From Octopus vulgaris (taxonomy: Eukaryota): a stretch of DNA of 64,000 nt. The DNA lies in contig OX597825.1 in NCBI GenBank assembly GCA_951406725.2, positions 25,234,001-25,298,000 of the forward strand. The letters are read 5' to 3'. Each line of letters opens with the position of its first letter. The stretch's first letter is position 1. Shown here piece after piece: positions 25,633-36,232 of the stretch. A program made the translations under genes and the position numbers. Below the pieces are notes generated by a model that saw only the letters and a list, made by a program, of their open reading frames with translations, had not been told where the DNA came from and made no database searches.

Positions 25633-25713
25633 TGTTTTTTTTTTCCATTTTGTTTTAAATTTGCGAAAATAATGTATTTTAAAAGGAAAAAAATTGAGGT
25701 AGCGTTCAGGCTT

Positions 25714-25785
25714 GGGGATATAGCTCAGTGGTAGAGCATTCGACTGCAGATCGAGAGGTCCCCGGTTCGAACCCGGGTGTCCCCT
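25714..25785 (+). tRNA. tRNA-Cys(GCA)
   Basis: Identical copy. Confidence 0.97.
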
Positions 25786-25868
25786 TGTTTTTTTTTTTTC
25801 CATTTTATTTTAAATTTGCGAAAATAATGTATTTTAAATGGAAGAAAATTGAGGTAGCTCTCAAGCTT

Positions 25869-25940
25869 GGGGATATAGCTCAGTGGTAGAGCATTCGACT
25901 GCAGATCGAGAGGTCCCCGGTTCGAACCCGGGTGTCCCCT
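25869..25940 (+). tRNA. tRNA-Cys(GCA)
   Basis: Identical copy. Confidence 0.97.
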
Positions 25941-26015
25941 TGTTTTTTTTTTTTTCCATTTTGTTTTAAATTTGTGAAAATAATGTATTTTAGAAGGAAG
26001 AAAATTTCAGCTTAA

Positions 26016-26048
26016 CGGTTCGAACCCGAGGTGTCCCCGGGTTCCCCT
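26016..26048 (+). pseudogene. tRNA-Cys 3' remnant (5' two-thirds deleted)
   Basis: CGGTTCGAACCCGAGGTGTCCCCGGGTTCCCCT occupies a unit position of the array. Confidence 0.7.
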
Positions 26049-26127
26049 TTTTTTTTTTCCATTTTGTTTTAAATTTGCGAAAATAATGTATTTTAGAAGG
26101 AAGAAAATTGGCTTAACGGCTAAGTTT

Positions 26128-26199
26128 GGGGATATAGCTCAGTGGTAGAGCATTCGACTGCAGATCGAGAGGTCCCCGGTTCGAACCCGGGTGTCCCCT
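26128..26199 (+). tRNA. tRNA-Cys(GCA)
   Basis: Identical copy. Confidence 0.97.
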
Positions 26200-26281
26200 T
26201 GTTTTTTTTTTTCCATTTTATTTTAAGTTTGCGAAAATAATGTATTTTAAAAGGAAGAAAATTGGCGTAACGGTTAAGCTT

Positions 26282-26353
26282 GGGGATATAGCTCAGTGGT
26301 AGAGCATTCGACTGCAGATCGAGAGGTCCCCGGTTCGAACCCGGGTGTCCCCT
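26282..26353 (+). tRNA. tRNA-Cys(GCA)
   Basis: Identical copy. Confidence 0.97.
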
Positions 26354-26433
26354 TTTTTTTTTTTCCATTTTATTTTAAGTTTGTGAAAATAATGTATTTT
26401 AAAAGGAAGAAAATTGGCGTAAAGGTTATGTTT

Positions 26434-26505
26434 GGGGATATAGCTCAGTGGTAGAGCATTCGACTGCAGATCGAGAGGTCCCCGGTTCGAACCCGGGTGT
26501 CCCCT
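26434..26505 (+). tRNA. tRNA-Cys(GCA)
   Basis: Identical copy. Confidence 0.97.
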
Positions 26506-26600
26506 TCTGTTTTTTGCCCCCATTTTGTTTTAAATTTGCGAAAAATAATGTATAATACCAACATTATAAATGAAAAACGTCTAACAAAATAATCAAGTTT

Positions 26601-26672
26601 GGGGATATAGCTCAGTGGTAGAGCATTCGACTGCAGATCGAGAGGTCCCTGGTTCGAACCCGGGTGTCCCCT
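26601..26672 (+). tRNA. tRNA-Cys(GCA), T-stem U:G variant
   Basis: CCTGG TTCGAAC CCGGG. Confidence 0.95.
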
Positions 26673-26753
26673 TCAGTATTTTTTTCTTTTTATTTTAAAT
26701 TTGCGAAAATAATGTATTTTAAAAGGAAGAAAATTGGCGTAATGGTTAAGTTT

Positions 26754-26825
26754 GGGGATATAGCTCAGTGGTAGAGCATTCGACTGCAGATCGAGAGGTC
26801 CCCGGTTCGAACCCGAGTGTCCCCT
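26754..26825 (+). tRNA. tRNA-Cys(GCA), T-stem C:A mismatch variant
   Basis: CCCGG TTCGAAC CCGAG. Confidence 0.9.
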
Positions 26826-26920
26826 TCTGTTTTTTTCCCCCATTTTGTTTTAAATTTGCGAAAAATAATGTATAATACCAACATTATAAATGAAAAAAGT
26901 CTAACAAAATAATCAATTTT

Positions 26921-26992
26921 GGGGATATAGCTCAGTGGTAGAGCATTCGACTGCAGATCGAGAGGTCCCTGGTTCGAACCCGGGTGTCCCCT
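26921..26992 (+). tRNA. tRNA-Cys(GCA), T-stem U:G variant followed by CCA
   Basis: Same as the 26601 copy; ...GTCCCCT CCA GTTTT. Confidence 0.95.
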
Positions 26993-27075
26993 CCAGTTTT
27001 TTTTTTTCATTTTATTTTAAATTTGCGAAAATAATGTATTTTAGATGGAAGAAAATTGGCGTAGCTGTCAAGTTT

Positions 27076-27147
27076 GGGGATATAGCTCAGTGGTAGAGCA
27101 TTCGACTGCAGATCGAGAGGTCCCCGGTTCGAACCCGGGTGTCCCCT
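27076..27147 (+). tRNA. tRNA-Cys(GCA)
   Basis: Identical copy. Confidence 0.97.
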
Positions 27148-27240
27148 TGTTTTTTTTTTTCCATTTTATTTTAAATTTGCAAAAATAATGTATAATACCA
27201 ACATTTTAAATCGAAGAAAATTGGCATAAATATCAATTCC

Positions 27241-27312
27241 GGGGATATAGCTCAGTGGTAGAGCATTCGACTGCAGATCGAGAGGTCCCCGGTTCGAACC
27301 CGGGTGTCCCCT
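27241..27312 (+). tRNA. tRNA-Cys(GCA)
   Basis: Identical copy; last unit of array A. Confidence 0.97.
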
Positions 27313-28834
27313 TCTATTTTTTGGAAAGTTTTAAAATCAGATTATAATTACCCATTTGTTTTATTGTTTTCTGTATTCGTTATTCTTTCTAATAGTATTC
27401 CCTCGCTCAGTGAATAAACTTTGGGAAACTATACAGAAACGTGCCCCAGCCCGAACTTTCTGAAAAACAATGTTTTTTAGTGAAAATTTTCACAAGTTCC
27501 TTTCAGATGGTGTAGATAGAGATTATATCGGAATGTACAAAAAAAAAAAAAAGAAAAAGAAAGAGAAAAAAAAAACCTCAGGGGTGGTGGCGGGGGAGTT
27601 TCCGATAATCCACGCGTCTTCAGTTTTGCTTCCTCATAACTTTAAAAAAAAAATGGATATTTTTTAATGAAAATTTTCAAATACATTTCAGATGCTGTAG
27701 ATTATGATTATTTCGGAATTTAATTTGAAAATGAATAATTAAATGTGGATTCGAGCAGTTATTTCATGCATATCGATTTTGTTTTGATGACGTATGCTAC
27801 AATTATGTTGAAAAAAAAAAAAAAAAAAAAGGTGGGATGGGGCATACAAAATGCATAAGTGTGTGTGTGTAAAACAAGTAATTTCTGATTTCTCGTTATT
27901 TTTTGCCACTCCTTGTTTGAAACCATTACTTTGCATCATCATTTTGTACCGTTGCATTGTTTCTGGAATAAAAACTGATCGGCATTGTTGTTGTTGAAGT
28001 CAAGAGTTTAAAATATAGGTAACAATGATTTGTTTCCTCAACTTTGATTCGATTGTAATTGAGGTTGCTAGTAAATTACATTTGGATAATTTTGGATTCC
28101 AAATCAATTTTCCCCACATTACAAATTAAAAAAAAAAAAAAAAAAAACCCAGAGGGAGCGTGAGTCCTAAAGTGGGGCAAAATGAGTAACGCTTAATTTC
28201 AACAAATTTCTTCTCTTTAACAGCATGGGGCGTAAATATATCAAAGAAGACGGCGACTCCAGCAGACGGAGAGAATATTTTTGAGTTTTTAGATCTAGTC
28301 GACTTTCGTAAATTCCATTTCATGCGTCATTTTCCCAAGATTCTCTTTCATTTGACCTAAATATTAAAATTTTTTGTTGTACTCTGATGTCTTTGGATCG
28401 ATATTGAAGTGTATGAGTCTTTTTTCAAATGTAATTCTGGGGAATTGAAGAGACAAACTAACCTTATTTTGTCTTAATCATTTTGCACCAGCTAAATTTG
28501 TTTTGCATGTTCAAAGAGAACGGGGATAGTTTCCTGAAATAGTGTTCTGAATATGTTAGTGTTATAAATAAATGCATTTAGAGAAGGACATTTGCTCAGC
28601 TGTTTATATAGTTTTCGTAACATACTGAACATGAGAAAAAAAAATTTTTCCTTAAATTTTTTTTCCCTTAAAGCCAAAAATTCAGTAAATATTACTCATT
28701 GTGTCCTACTCCCATTTTGTGATCTCTGCTATTTCTAGCATGCTATACGACCATGTAGCGATTAGATTTCTTTCGAATTTGTTTAAAAGAGAAATAATTG
28801 AGACTGCGATAAAATAATAAAAGAAATATGGGTT

Positions 28835-28889
<55 letters not shown>

Positions 28890-28891
<2 letters not shown>

Positions 28892-29102
28892 TCTCTTTAC
28901 TCTTTTACTTGTTTCAGTCATTTGACTGTGGCCATGCTGGAGCACCGCCTATAGTCGAGCAAATCGACCCCAGGACTTATTCTTTGTAAGCCTAGTACTT
29001 ATTCTATCGGTCCCTTTTGCCGAACGGCTAAGTTATGGGGACGTAAGTACATTAGCATCGGTTGTCAAGCGATGTTGGGGGGGACACAGACACACAAACA
29101 CA

Positions 29103-29157
<55 letters not shown>

Positions 29158-29183
29158 ACACACACACACAAACACACATATAT
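28890..29183 (-). mobile_element. SINE family A 3' half
   Basis: Tail and (CA)n present, head missing. Confidence 0.75.
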
Positions 29184-29184
29184 A

Positions 29185-30455
29185 TGGAACAAACTGTCGG
29201 CATCACTTGTGAGGCGCTCCATCTGCTGCCAGAAACCGTTAAAGGGTGGGTTAGGGATGCCTTGTCTGATGATGCGCATGTATGCGCATGTATGCGCTGG
29301 CTCTATCTGGATGGTGAACGGTGTGTGGTGACCGCATGTCAAGTTCTTCCGGTCACAATTGACGTCCCTGCGGGACGTAGGCGCATGGATCACGCGGAGA
29401 CCGAAAATGAGCGAATGGTAGGGGGAGTACAGACATGCACTTGCTCTGTTCTCCCGAGCGAGCAATACCTATTTCTTTATTACCCACAAGGAGCTAAACA
29501 CAGAGGGGACAAACGAGCGAGCAATACCGGCAGCGGGGCTACCGCTGCGGATATTTATAGCGAGTTGGTAGAGCACATGTCTGATGACGTCCTGGAGGAG
29601 ACTCTAGGCTTCGATGAGGAACAGCTTGTCAACCTGTTCGGAAGAACATTCGGGCCGAGTTATCGGGACAGCTTTCAGAAATCCCTGGCATGGTTGTGCT
29701 AACGATCGGCCCTGCCAGTTCGAGAGAGGTAGTCAAGGCATGGTGCTGGTACCCCACCTACATACCCGAGGTGCGTGCGTGTCAGCGAAACTGTCACGCA
29801 CGCCTTCGTGCATTGTGAGCAACTAAGGGGACTGATAACCTATGTCGAACAACTGGTGTCAAATATGGAGAGAGTACGGTTATCGACTGAGTCCATCATC
29901 AAGATTGTGCCGCCTCCTTTCTTTAACAAGGAAAAGGAGGCGTCATTTTTCTGCGTAGGAGCTGTATTGAAAGAGACAGTGTGGGTGACGCGTGGAAGAG
30001 GAACTGAGACAGGTAACTTTATTTCTGGACGCGGGTTGGTTAGTTTTTTTAACAACCACCCGTCCAGAAAGATCAGTCTGGAGAAAAGGTGCCTGTCTCA
30101 AAGAACGTTTGAGAAAAGATGGGCAAATGACGTAAGGAAGTTGAGAGTGAATGGGACAGGCTAGTGTAGCCAGTCTGAACGGAAAAGAAGGGACAAAAAC
30201 GTAAAAACCCCCAACAAAATAAAAGGGTATTATAAAAGGAAAAAACCGGCGGGTCGATCGCGAACCCCAAAAATATATCATCATATAATTTAAAAATTCA
30301 TTTCTATTTCATTGTACTCTGTAAATTCATCCGATTTCATCATATTCGATTTTTTTTTGTAACCAAGGTATAACCCCAGCCCCTAAATGTTTTTGTTATG
30401 TCCTTGTGTTGTCCCCTCTGTGTCATGGCCTGTGTGCCGAATAAAAGAAATTAGT
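29185..30455 (+). mobile_element. 5'-truncated Tx1/L1-clade LINE (ORF2 C-terminus plus 3' UTR)
   Basis: FQKSLAWLC*RSALPVRER...C.RC..SETVTHAFVHC (zf-RVT-like CCHC motif) and LKETVWVTR; AATAAAAGAAA end at ~30440. Confidence 0.7.
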
Positions 30456-31110
30456 TACCGAGTCTGGTAACCAACGAAGGAACCAACGAAGCAAGTTTTT
30501 TCGTCCCACCACTCTCACTTTCACCAACTCACTTCCTTTTCTCTATAACAACACCATATCTCTTTCTGATTTCTGTATACTGCTATGAGATCGTGTATAT
30601 ATATTTTTGTATGTGGAAGCACTCCGTCAGTTACGACGATGAATATTTGTATGTATAAAGTAAAGAATGGAATTGGTAAAATACGAACTACAAGCCAATA
30701 GTGTATATTTTAGTAAGCTTATTGTGTCATTTTTACCTTTTCTTTCCCTTTTTACCCTTTCTTTCCCAGTGGTATTGCTTTTGATGACATATCAAGAGGT
30801 CCTCGGTTCGAATCCGAGAGTCACCTCTAGTTTGATTCCACCAACTTTTTATTTCAATTTTTCCGAAAATTATCCGTTTTTAATAGCACATTATAAGTAA
30901 AGAAAAGGAAAATTGATTTGACCGGCATTGTTGGTGACATAAGGTATGTGTTAGAGACATTGGGCAGCAGATTGATAGTCCTGAGATTTAATCCGAGTGT
31001 CCCCTTCAGTTTGGTTTCATCAGTATTTTATTTCAATTTTCCGAAAATATCCGATTTTAGTGGCACATTATTAGTAAAGAAGAGGAAAATTGCTCGAAGC
31101 AGATGTGGTT

Positions 31111-31182
31111 GGGGATATAGGTCAGTGGTAGAGCATTCGACTGCAGATCGAGAGGTCCTTGGTTCGAATCCGAGTGTCCCCT
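31111..31182 (+). tRNA. tRNA-Cys(GCA) variant with D-stem mismatch (possible pseudogene)
   Basis: GGTC instead of GCTC in the D stem; T stem CTTGG/CCGAG pairs. Confidence 0.6.
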
Positions 31183-31645
31183 CCAGTTAGAATCCACCAA
31201 CTTTTTATTTCAATTTTCCGAAAATATCCGATTTTAATGGGACATTATTAGTAAAGAAAAGGAAAATTGATTTGACCGGCATTGTTGGTGACATAAGGTA
31301 TGTGTTAGAGCATTCGACTACAGATCGAGAGGTCCACGGTTCGGATCCGAGTGTCCCTTCCAATTTGATTTCACCAATTTTTTTTTATTTCTGTTTTCTG
31401 AAAATTATCCGTTTTTAATGGCACATTATGAATAAAGAAGCGGAAAGTTGCTCGAACCGGACTCGTTGGTGATATAAGCTCAGTGAGGAAGCATTGGACA
31501 GCAGATTGAGAGGTCCTTGGTTTTAATCCGAATGTCCTCCTCCAGTTTGATTCCATCAATATTTCATTTCAACATTCCAAAAATATCCGATTTTAATGGC
31601 ACATTACGAGTAAAGGATAGGAACATTACTCGAATGGGCATTATT

Positions 31646-31717
31646 AGGGATATAGGTCAGTGGTAGAGCATTCGGCTGCAGATCGAGAGGTCCTTGGTTC
31701 GAATCCGAGTGTCCCCT
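31646..31717 (+). pseudogene. tRNA-Cys variant (G1A, D-stem mismatch)
   Basis: AGGGATATAGGTCAGTGGTAGAGCATTCGGCTGCAGATCG... Confidence 0.6.
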
Positions 31718-32002
31718 CCAGTTAGAATCCACCAATTTTTTATTTCAAGTTTCCGAAAATATCCGATTTTAATGGGACATTATTAGTAAAGAAAAGGAAA
31801 ATTGATTTGACCGGCATTGTTGGTGACATAAGGTATGTGTTAGAGCGTTCGACTGCAGATCGAGAGGTCCCTGGTTTTAATCCTTGGTTTTAATCCACCA
31901 ATCTGATTCCAACAATATTTGATATTGATTTTCCAGAAAATATCCGCTTTTAATAGCACATTATTAGTAAAGAAGGGAAAAATTGATCAAGCAGATGTGG
32001 TT

Positions 32003-32074
32003 GGGGATATAGGTCAGTGGTAGAGCATTCGACTGCAGATCGAGAGGTCCTTGGTTCGAATCCGAGTGTCCCCT
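32003..32074 (+). tRNA. tRNA-Cys(GCA) variant with D-stem mismatch
   Basis: Identical to the 31111 copy. Confidence 0.6.
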
Positions 32075-32539
32075 CCAGTTAGAATCCACCAACTTTTTAT
32101 TTCAATTTTCCGAAAATATCCGATTTTAATGGGACATTATTAGTAAAGAAAAGGAAAATTGATTTGACCGGCATTGTTGGTGACATAAGGTATGTGTTAG
32201 AGCGTTCGACTGCAGATCGAGAGGTCCCTGGTTTTAATCCTTGGTTTTAATCCACCAATCTGATTCCAACAATATTTGATATTGATTTTCCAGAAAATAT
32301 CCGCTTTTAATAGCACATTATTAGTAAAGAAGGGAAAAATTGATCAAGCAGATGTGGTTGGGGATATAGGTCAGTGGTAGAGCATTCGACTGCAGATCGA
32401 GAGGTCCTTGGTTCTAATCCTTGGTTTTAATCCACCAATTCTGATTCCAACAATATTTGATATTGATTTTCCAGAAAATATCCGCTTTTAATAGCACATT
32501 ATTAGTAAAGAAGGGAAAATTGATCAAGCAGATGTGGTT

Positions 32540-32611
32540 GGGGATATAGGTCAGTGGTAGAGCATTCGACTGCAGATCGAGAGGTCCTTGGTTCGAATCC
32601 GAGTGTCCCCT
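32540..32611 (+). tRNA. tRNA-Cys(GCA) variant with D-stem mismatch
   Basis: Identical to the 31111 copy. Confidence 0.6.
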
Positions 32612-33213
32612 CCAGTTAGAATCCACCAATTTTTTATTTCAAGTTTCCGAAAATATCCGATTTTAATGGGACATTATTAGTAAAGAAAAGGAAAATTGAT
32701 TTGACCGGCATTGTTGGTGACATAAGGTATGTGTTAGAGCGTTCGACTGCAGATCGAGAGGTCCCTGGTTTTAATCCTTGGTTTTAATCCACCAATCTGA
32801 TTCCAACAATATTTGATATTGATTTTCCAGAAAATATCCGCTTTTAATAGTACATTATAAGTAAAGATGAGGAAATTTGCTAGAGCCCGACTCGTTGGTA
32901 ATATAAGCTCTGTGGTAGAGCCTTCGACTGCAGATCGAGAGTTTCTCGTTCGAATCCGAGTGTCCCCTCCTGTTTGATTCCACCCATTTTTTATCTCATT
33001 TTCCCGAAAATTATTCGTTTTTAATAGCACAATATAAGTAAAGAAGAGGAAAATTGCTCGACTGCATTGCTCGAGAGGTCCTTGGTTCGAATCCGAGTGT
33101 CCTCTCCAGTTTGATTCCACCATTTTAAAATTTCCTTTTTGTCGAAAAATATCCGTTTTGAATGGCATATTATGAGTAAAGAAAAGGAAAATTGCTCGAA
33201 CCGGCATTGTTGG

Positions 33214-33816
33214 GGGGATACAGCTCAGTGGTAGAGCATTCGACTGCAGATCGAAAGGTCCTAGCTTCGAATCCGAGTGTCCCCTCCAGTTTGATTCCCT
33301 CAGCATATTATTTCAATTATCCGAAAAACATCTATTTTTAATTACACATTATGAGTAAAGGAGAGGAAAATAGCGCGAACCGGCATTTTTGGGCATATAT
33401 CTCAGTGGTAGAGCATTCGACTGCAGATCGAAAGGTCCTAGCTTCGAATCCGAGTGTCCCCTCCAGTTTGATTCCCTCAGCATATTATTTCAATTATCCG
33501 AAAAACATCTATTTTTAATTACACATTATGAGTAAAGGAGAGGAAAATAGCGCGAACCGGCATTTTTGGGCATATATCTCAGTGGTAGAGCATTCGACTG
33601 CAGATCGAAAGGTCCTAGCTTCGAATCCGAGTGTCCCCTCCAGTTTGATTCCCTCAGCATATTATTTCAATTATCCGAAAAACATCTATTTTTAATTACA
33701 CATTATGAGTAAAGGAGAGGAAAATAGCGCGAACCGGCATTTTTGGGCATATATCTCAGTGGTAGAGCATTCGACTGCAGATCGAAAGGTCCTTGGTTCG
33801 AATACCACTGTCTCCT
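33214..33816 (+). pseudogene. Four tRNA-Cys pseudogenes at 177-bp period (33214, 33391, 33568, 33745)
   Basis: T stem broken (CTAGC/CCGAG); GGGCATATATCTC 5' changes. Confidence 0.75.
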
Positions 33817-34097
33817 TTACATTGATTCCATTAATATTTTATTTCAATTTCCCGAAAATTATCCGTTTTTAATGTGACATAATGAGTAAAGTGGAACCAA
33901 ATCGATCGGACCGGCATTGTTGATGATATATGGTGTGTTGTAGAGTGTTCGATAGCAGATCGAGAGTTCCATGGTTCGAATTTGAGTGTGCCCTCCAGTA
34001 TGATTCTAACAATATTTGATATGGATTTTCCGAAAATATCCGAATTTACGGCACATTATTAGTAAAGAAGAGAAAAATTACTCGAACTGGCATTCTT

Positions 34098-34169
34098 GGG
34101 GATATAGCTCAGTGGTAGAGCATTCGACTACAGATCGACAGGTCCTCGGTTCGAATCCGAGTGTCCCCT
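34098..34169 (+). tRNA. tRNA-Cys-like gene with ACA anticodon
   Basis: GGGGATATAGCTCAGTGGTAGAGCATTCGACT-ACA-GATCGACAGGTCCTCGGTTCGAATCCGAGTGTCCCCT; A and B boxes intact, U27:C43 mismatch. Confidence 0.65.
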
Positions 34170-34576
34170 CCAGTTTGATTCCACTAATTTTTTATTTCAA
34201 TTTTCCGAAAATTATCCGTTGGTGATATAAGCTCAGTGAGAAAGCATTGGGCAGCGGATTAAGAGTTCCTTGGTTGTAATCCGATTGTCACCCCCCAGTT
34301 TGATTCCATCAGTATTTCATTTCAATATTCCGAAAATATCCGATTTTAATGGGACATTATAAGTAAAGAGGAAGAAAATTCCTTGGACCGGAATTGTTGG
34401 TGACATAAGGTGTGCGGTAGAGCGCTCGACTACTGATCGGGAGGTCCCTGGTTTTAATCCGAGTGTCATCTCCACTTTTGAGTCCAATAAAATTTCATGT
34501 CGATTTTCCGAAAATATCTGATTTTAATGGCACATTATGAATCAAGAAGAGAAAAATGGTTCGAATTATTGTTGTT

Positions 34577-34648
34577 GGGGATATAGCTCAGTGGTAGAGC
34601 ATTCGACTGCAGATCGAGAGGTCCTCGGTTCGAATCCGAGTGTCCCCT
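34577..34648 (+). tRNA. tRNA-Cys(GCA), array-B isodecoder
   Basis: Full cloverleaf; T stem CTCGG/CCGAG is a compensatory U-A replacing the C-G of array A. Confidence 0.88.
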
Positions 34649-35402
34649 CTAGTTTGTTTCCACCAATTTTTAAATTTCACTTTTCCGAAAATTATCCGTT
34701 TTTAATAGCACATTATAAGTAAAGATGAGGAAAATTGCTCGAACCCGACTCGTTGGTAATATAAACCCTGTTGTAGAGCATTCGTTTGTAGATCGAGAGG
34801 TTGTCGTTTCGAATCCGAGTGTCCCCCTCAGTTTGATTCCACCAATTTTTTATTTAAATTTTCCGAAAATTATCTGTTTTTAGTAGCACATTATGAGTAA
34901 AGAAGAGGAAAATAGCTCGAACAGGACTCGTTGGTGATATAAGCTCAGAGACAGATCATTGGGCAGCAGATCCAGTGTGACTACGTATTAAGACAGCACT
35001 GCGTATAGATAAACACACAGCTAATCTAGACATACACATAGGATTAATACCGAACCGAATAAACTGTGGATACACCGTAAAAATGCCACAATAACTGCGG
35101 TATTCTTTTTAAGAATGTATCTCATATAGACGTAGATGTATACTACTGTGCAGGCATGCCATATAGACGCATATATATATTATCCGATATTACCTTAAGT
35201 TACTGAACTGCAGGAGAAAAAGCTATAGGATATGATATTTCGTTAAAGACTTTCTGAAAAGAACCGCAGTAAAATTAAATGTTTTCGGCGCAGAATTGAA
35301 ACAGGTTATCCGATATGGACGCAACCTTTCTGCGATTCATTACTGGACCATCAGGTTACACAAAAATAATCAGATAAACAGAATGAAATTTGATAATGCA
35401 GT

Positions 35403-35473
35403 GATGCATCCCGGTTTGAACATGGGAATCTTGTGAATGGCAGACAAATATTCTACCACTGAGCTATCTGTTC
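35403..35473 (-). pseudogene. Strongly decayed tRNA-like sequence
   Basis: Minus strand TAGCTCAGTGGTAGAAT...CTGCCAT...GTTCAAACCGGG. Confidence 0.45.
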
Positions 35474-35539
35474 ATAATCGTACGTCATTCCTTCTTTACT
35501 CTTTTACTCTTTTACTTGTTTCAGTCATTTGGTATATAT

Positions 35540-35611
35540 GGGGATATAGCTCAGTGGTAGAGCATTCGACTGCAGATCGAGAGGTCCCCGGTTCGAACCC
35601 GGGTGTCCCCT
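35540..35611 (+). tRNA. tRNA-Cys(GCA)
   Basis: Identical to the array A gene; T-run follows. Confidence 0.95.
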
Positions 35612-35693
35612 TGTTTTTTTTTTTCCCATTTATTTTAAATTTGCAAAAATAGTGTATTTTAAAAGGAAGAAAATTGACGTAACGGTTAAGTTT

Positions 35694-35766
35694 GGGGACA
35701 TAGCTCAGTGGTAAGAGCATTCGACTGCAGATCGAGAGGTCCCCGGTTCGAACCCGGGTGTCCCCT
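35694..35766 (+). tRNA. tRNA-Cys(GCA) variant (C6:G67, extra A in the D loop)
   Basis: GGGGACATAGCTCAGTGGTAAGAGC... Confidence 0.88.
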
Positions 35767-35858
35767 TCTTTTTTTTTTCCCATTTATTTTAAATTTGCAA
35801 AAATAGTGTATAATACCAACATTATAAATGGAAAATGTCTAACAAAATAATCAAGTTT

Positions 35859-35930
35859 GGGGATATAGCTCAGTGGTAGAGCATTCGACTGCAGATCGAG
35901 AGGTCCCCGGTTCGAACCCGGGTGTCCCCC
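35859..35930 (+). tRNA. tRNA-Cys(GCA) with an extra C at the discriminator (possible homopolymer error)
   Basis: Ends GTGTCCCCC-T rather than GTGTCCCC-T. Confidence 0.88.
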
Positions 35931-35992
35931 TTCTGTTTTTTTGCTTTTTATTTTAAATTTGCGAAAATAATGTATTTCAAAAGGAAGAAATT

Positions 35993-36232
35993 TTTATAGG
36001 TGAAGAATTCACGAAAAAAAAACCCCAAAAAAAAACAAACAACCAAAAGCAAAAGATGAAAACATGTGGTGTAGAAAACAAACAGATGTATTAGTATAAC
36101 GCTCAGGAATTGAAAAAGTCTTTTACGTTTCGAGCCTACGCTCTTCTATAGAAAGGAACACAGAAAGAAACAAGGAGAGAAACAAGGAGAGAAAGAAAAT
36201 GTGTGTAGTGGCTACCGATCTATCATGGCGAC
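35993..36232 (-). mobile_element. Short interspersed element, probable Penelope pLTR derivative; second copy at 52575-52778 (+)
   Basis: Shared GAAGAGCGTAGGCTCGAAACGTAAAAGAC...CCTGAGCGTTATA.TAATACATCTGTTTGTTTT. Confidence 0.6.

Larger units (their letters stand above)
30790..34973 (+). repeat. tRNA-Cys-derived tandem array (array B), ~25 units, ~177-180-bp period, mostly pseudogenes
   Basis: Units start at ~30795, 30933, 31111, 31287, 31468, 31646, 31822, 32003, 32179, 32360, 32540, 32716, 32897, 33070, 33214, 33391, 33568, 33745, 33922, 34098, 34221, 34399, 34577, 34755 and 34933, with the shared spacer TTCCGAAAA(T)TATCCG.TTTTAAT.GCACATTA..AGTAAAGA..AGGAAAATTG. Confidence 0.92.

Noticed and set aside
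25257-27312. CRISPR-like repeat-spacer appearance
   Set aside because: The repeats are 72-nt tRNA genes, the spacers are homologous to one another, there are no cas genes and the context is eukaryotic.
32734-33306. 190-aa ORF and similar ORFs antisense to the tRNA arrays
   Set aside because: These are antisense translations of tRNA repeats (RGHPGSNRGPLDLQSNALPLSY).
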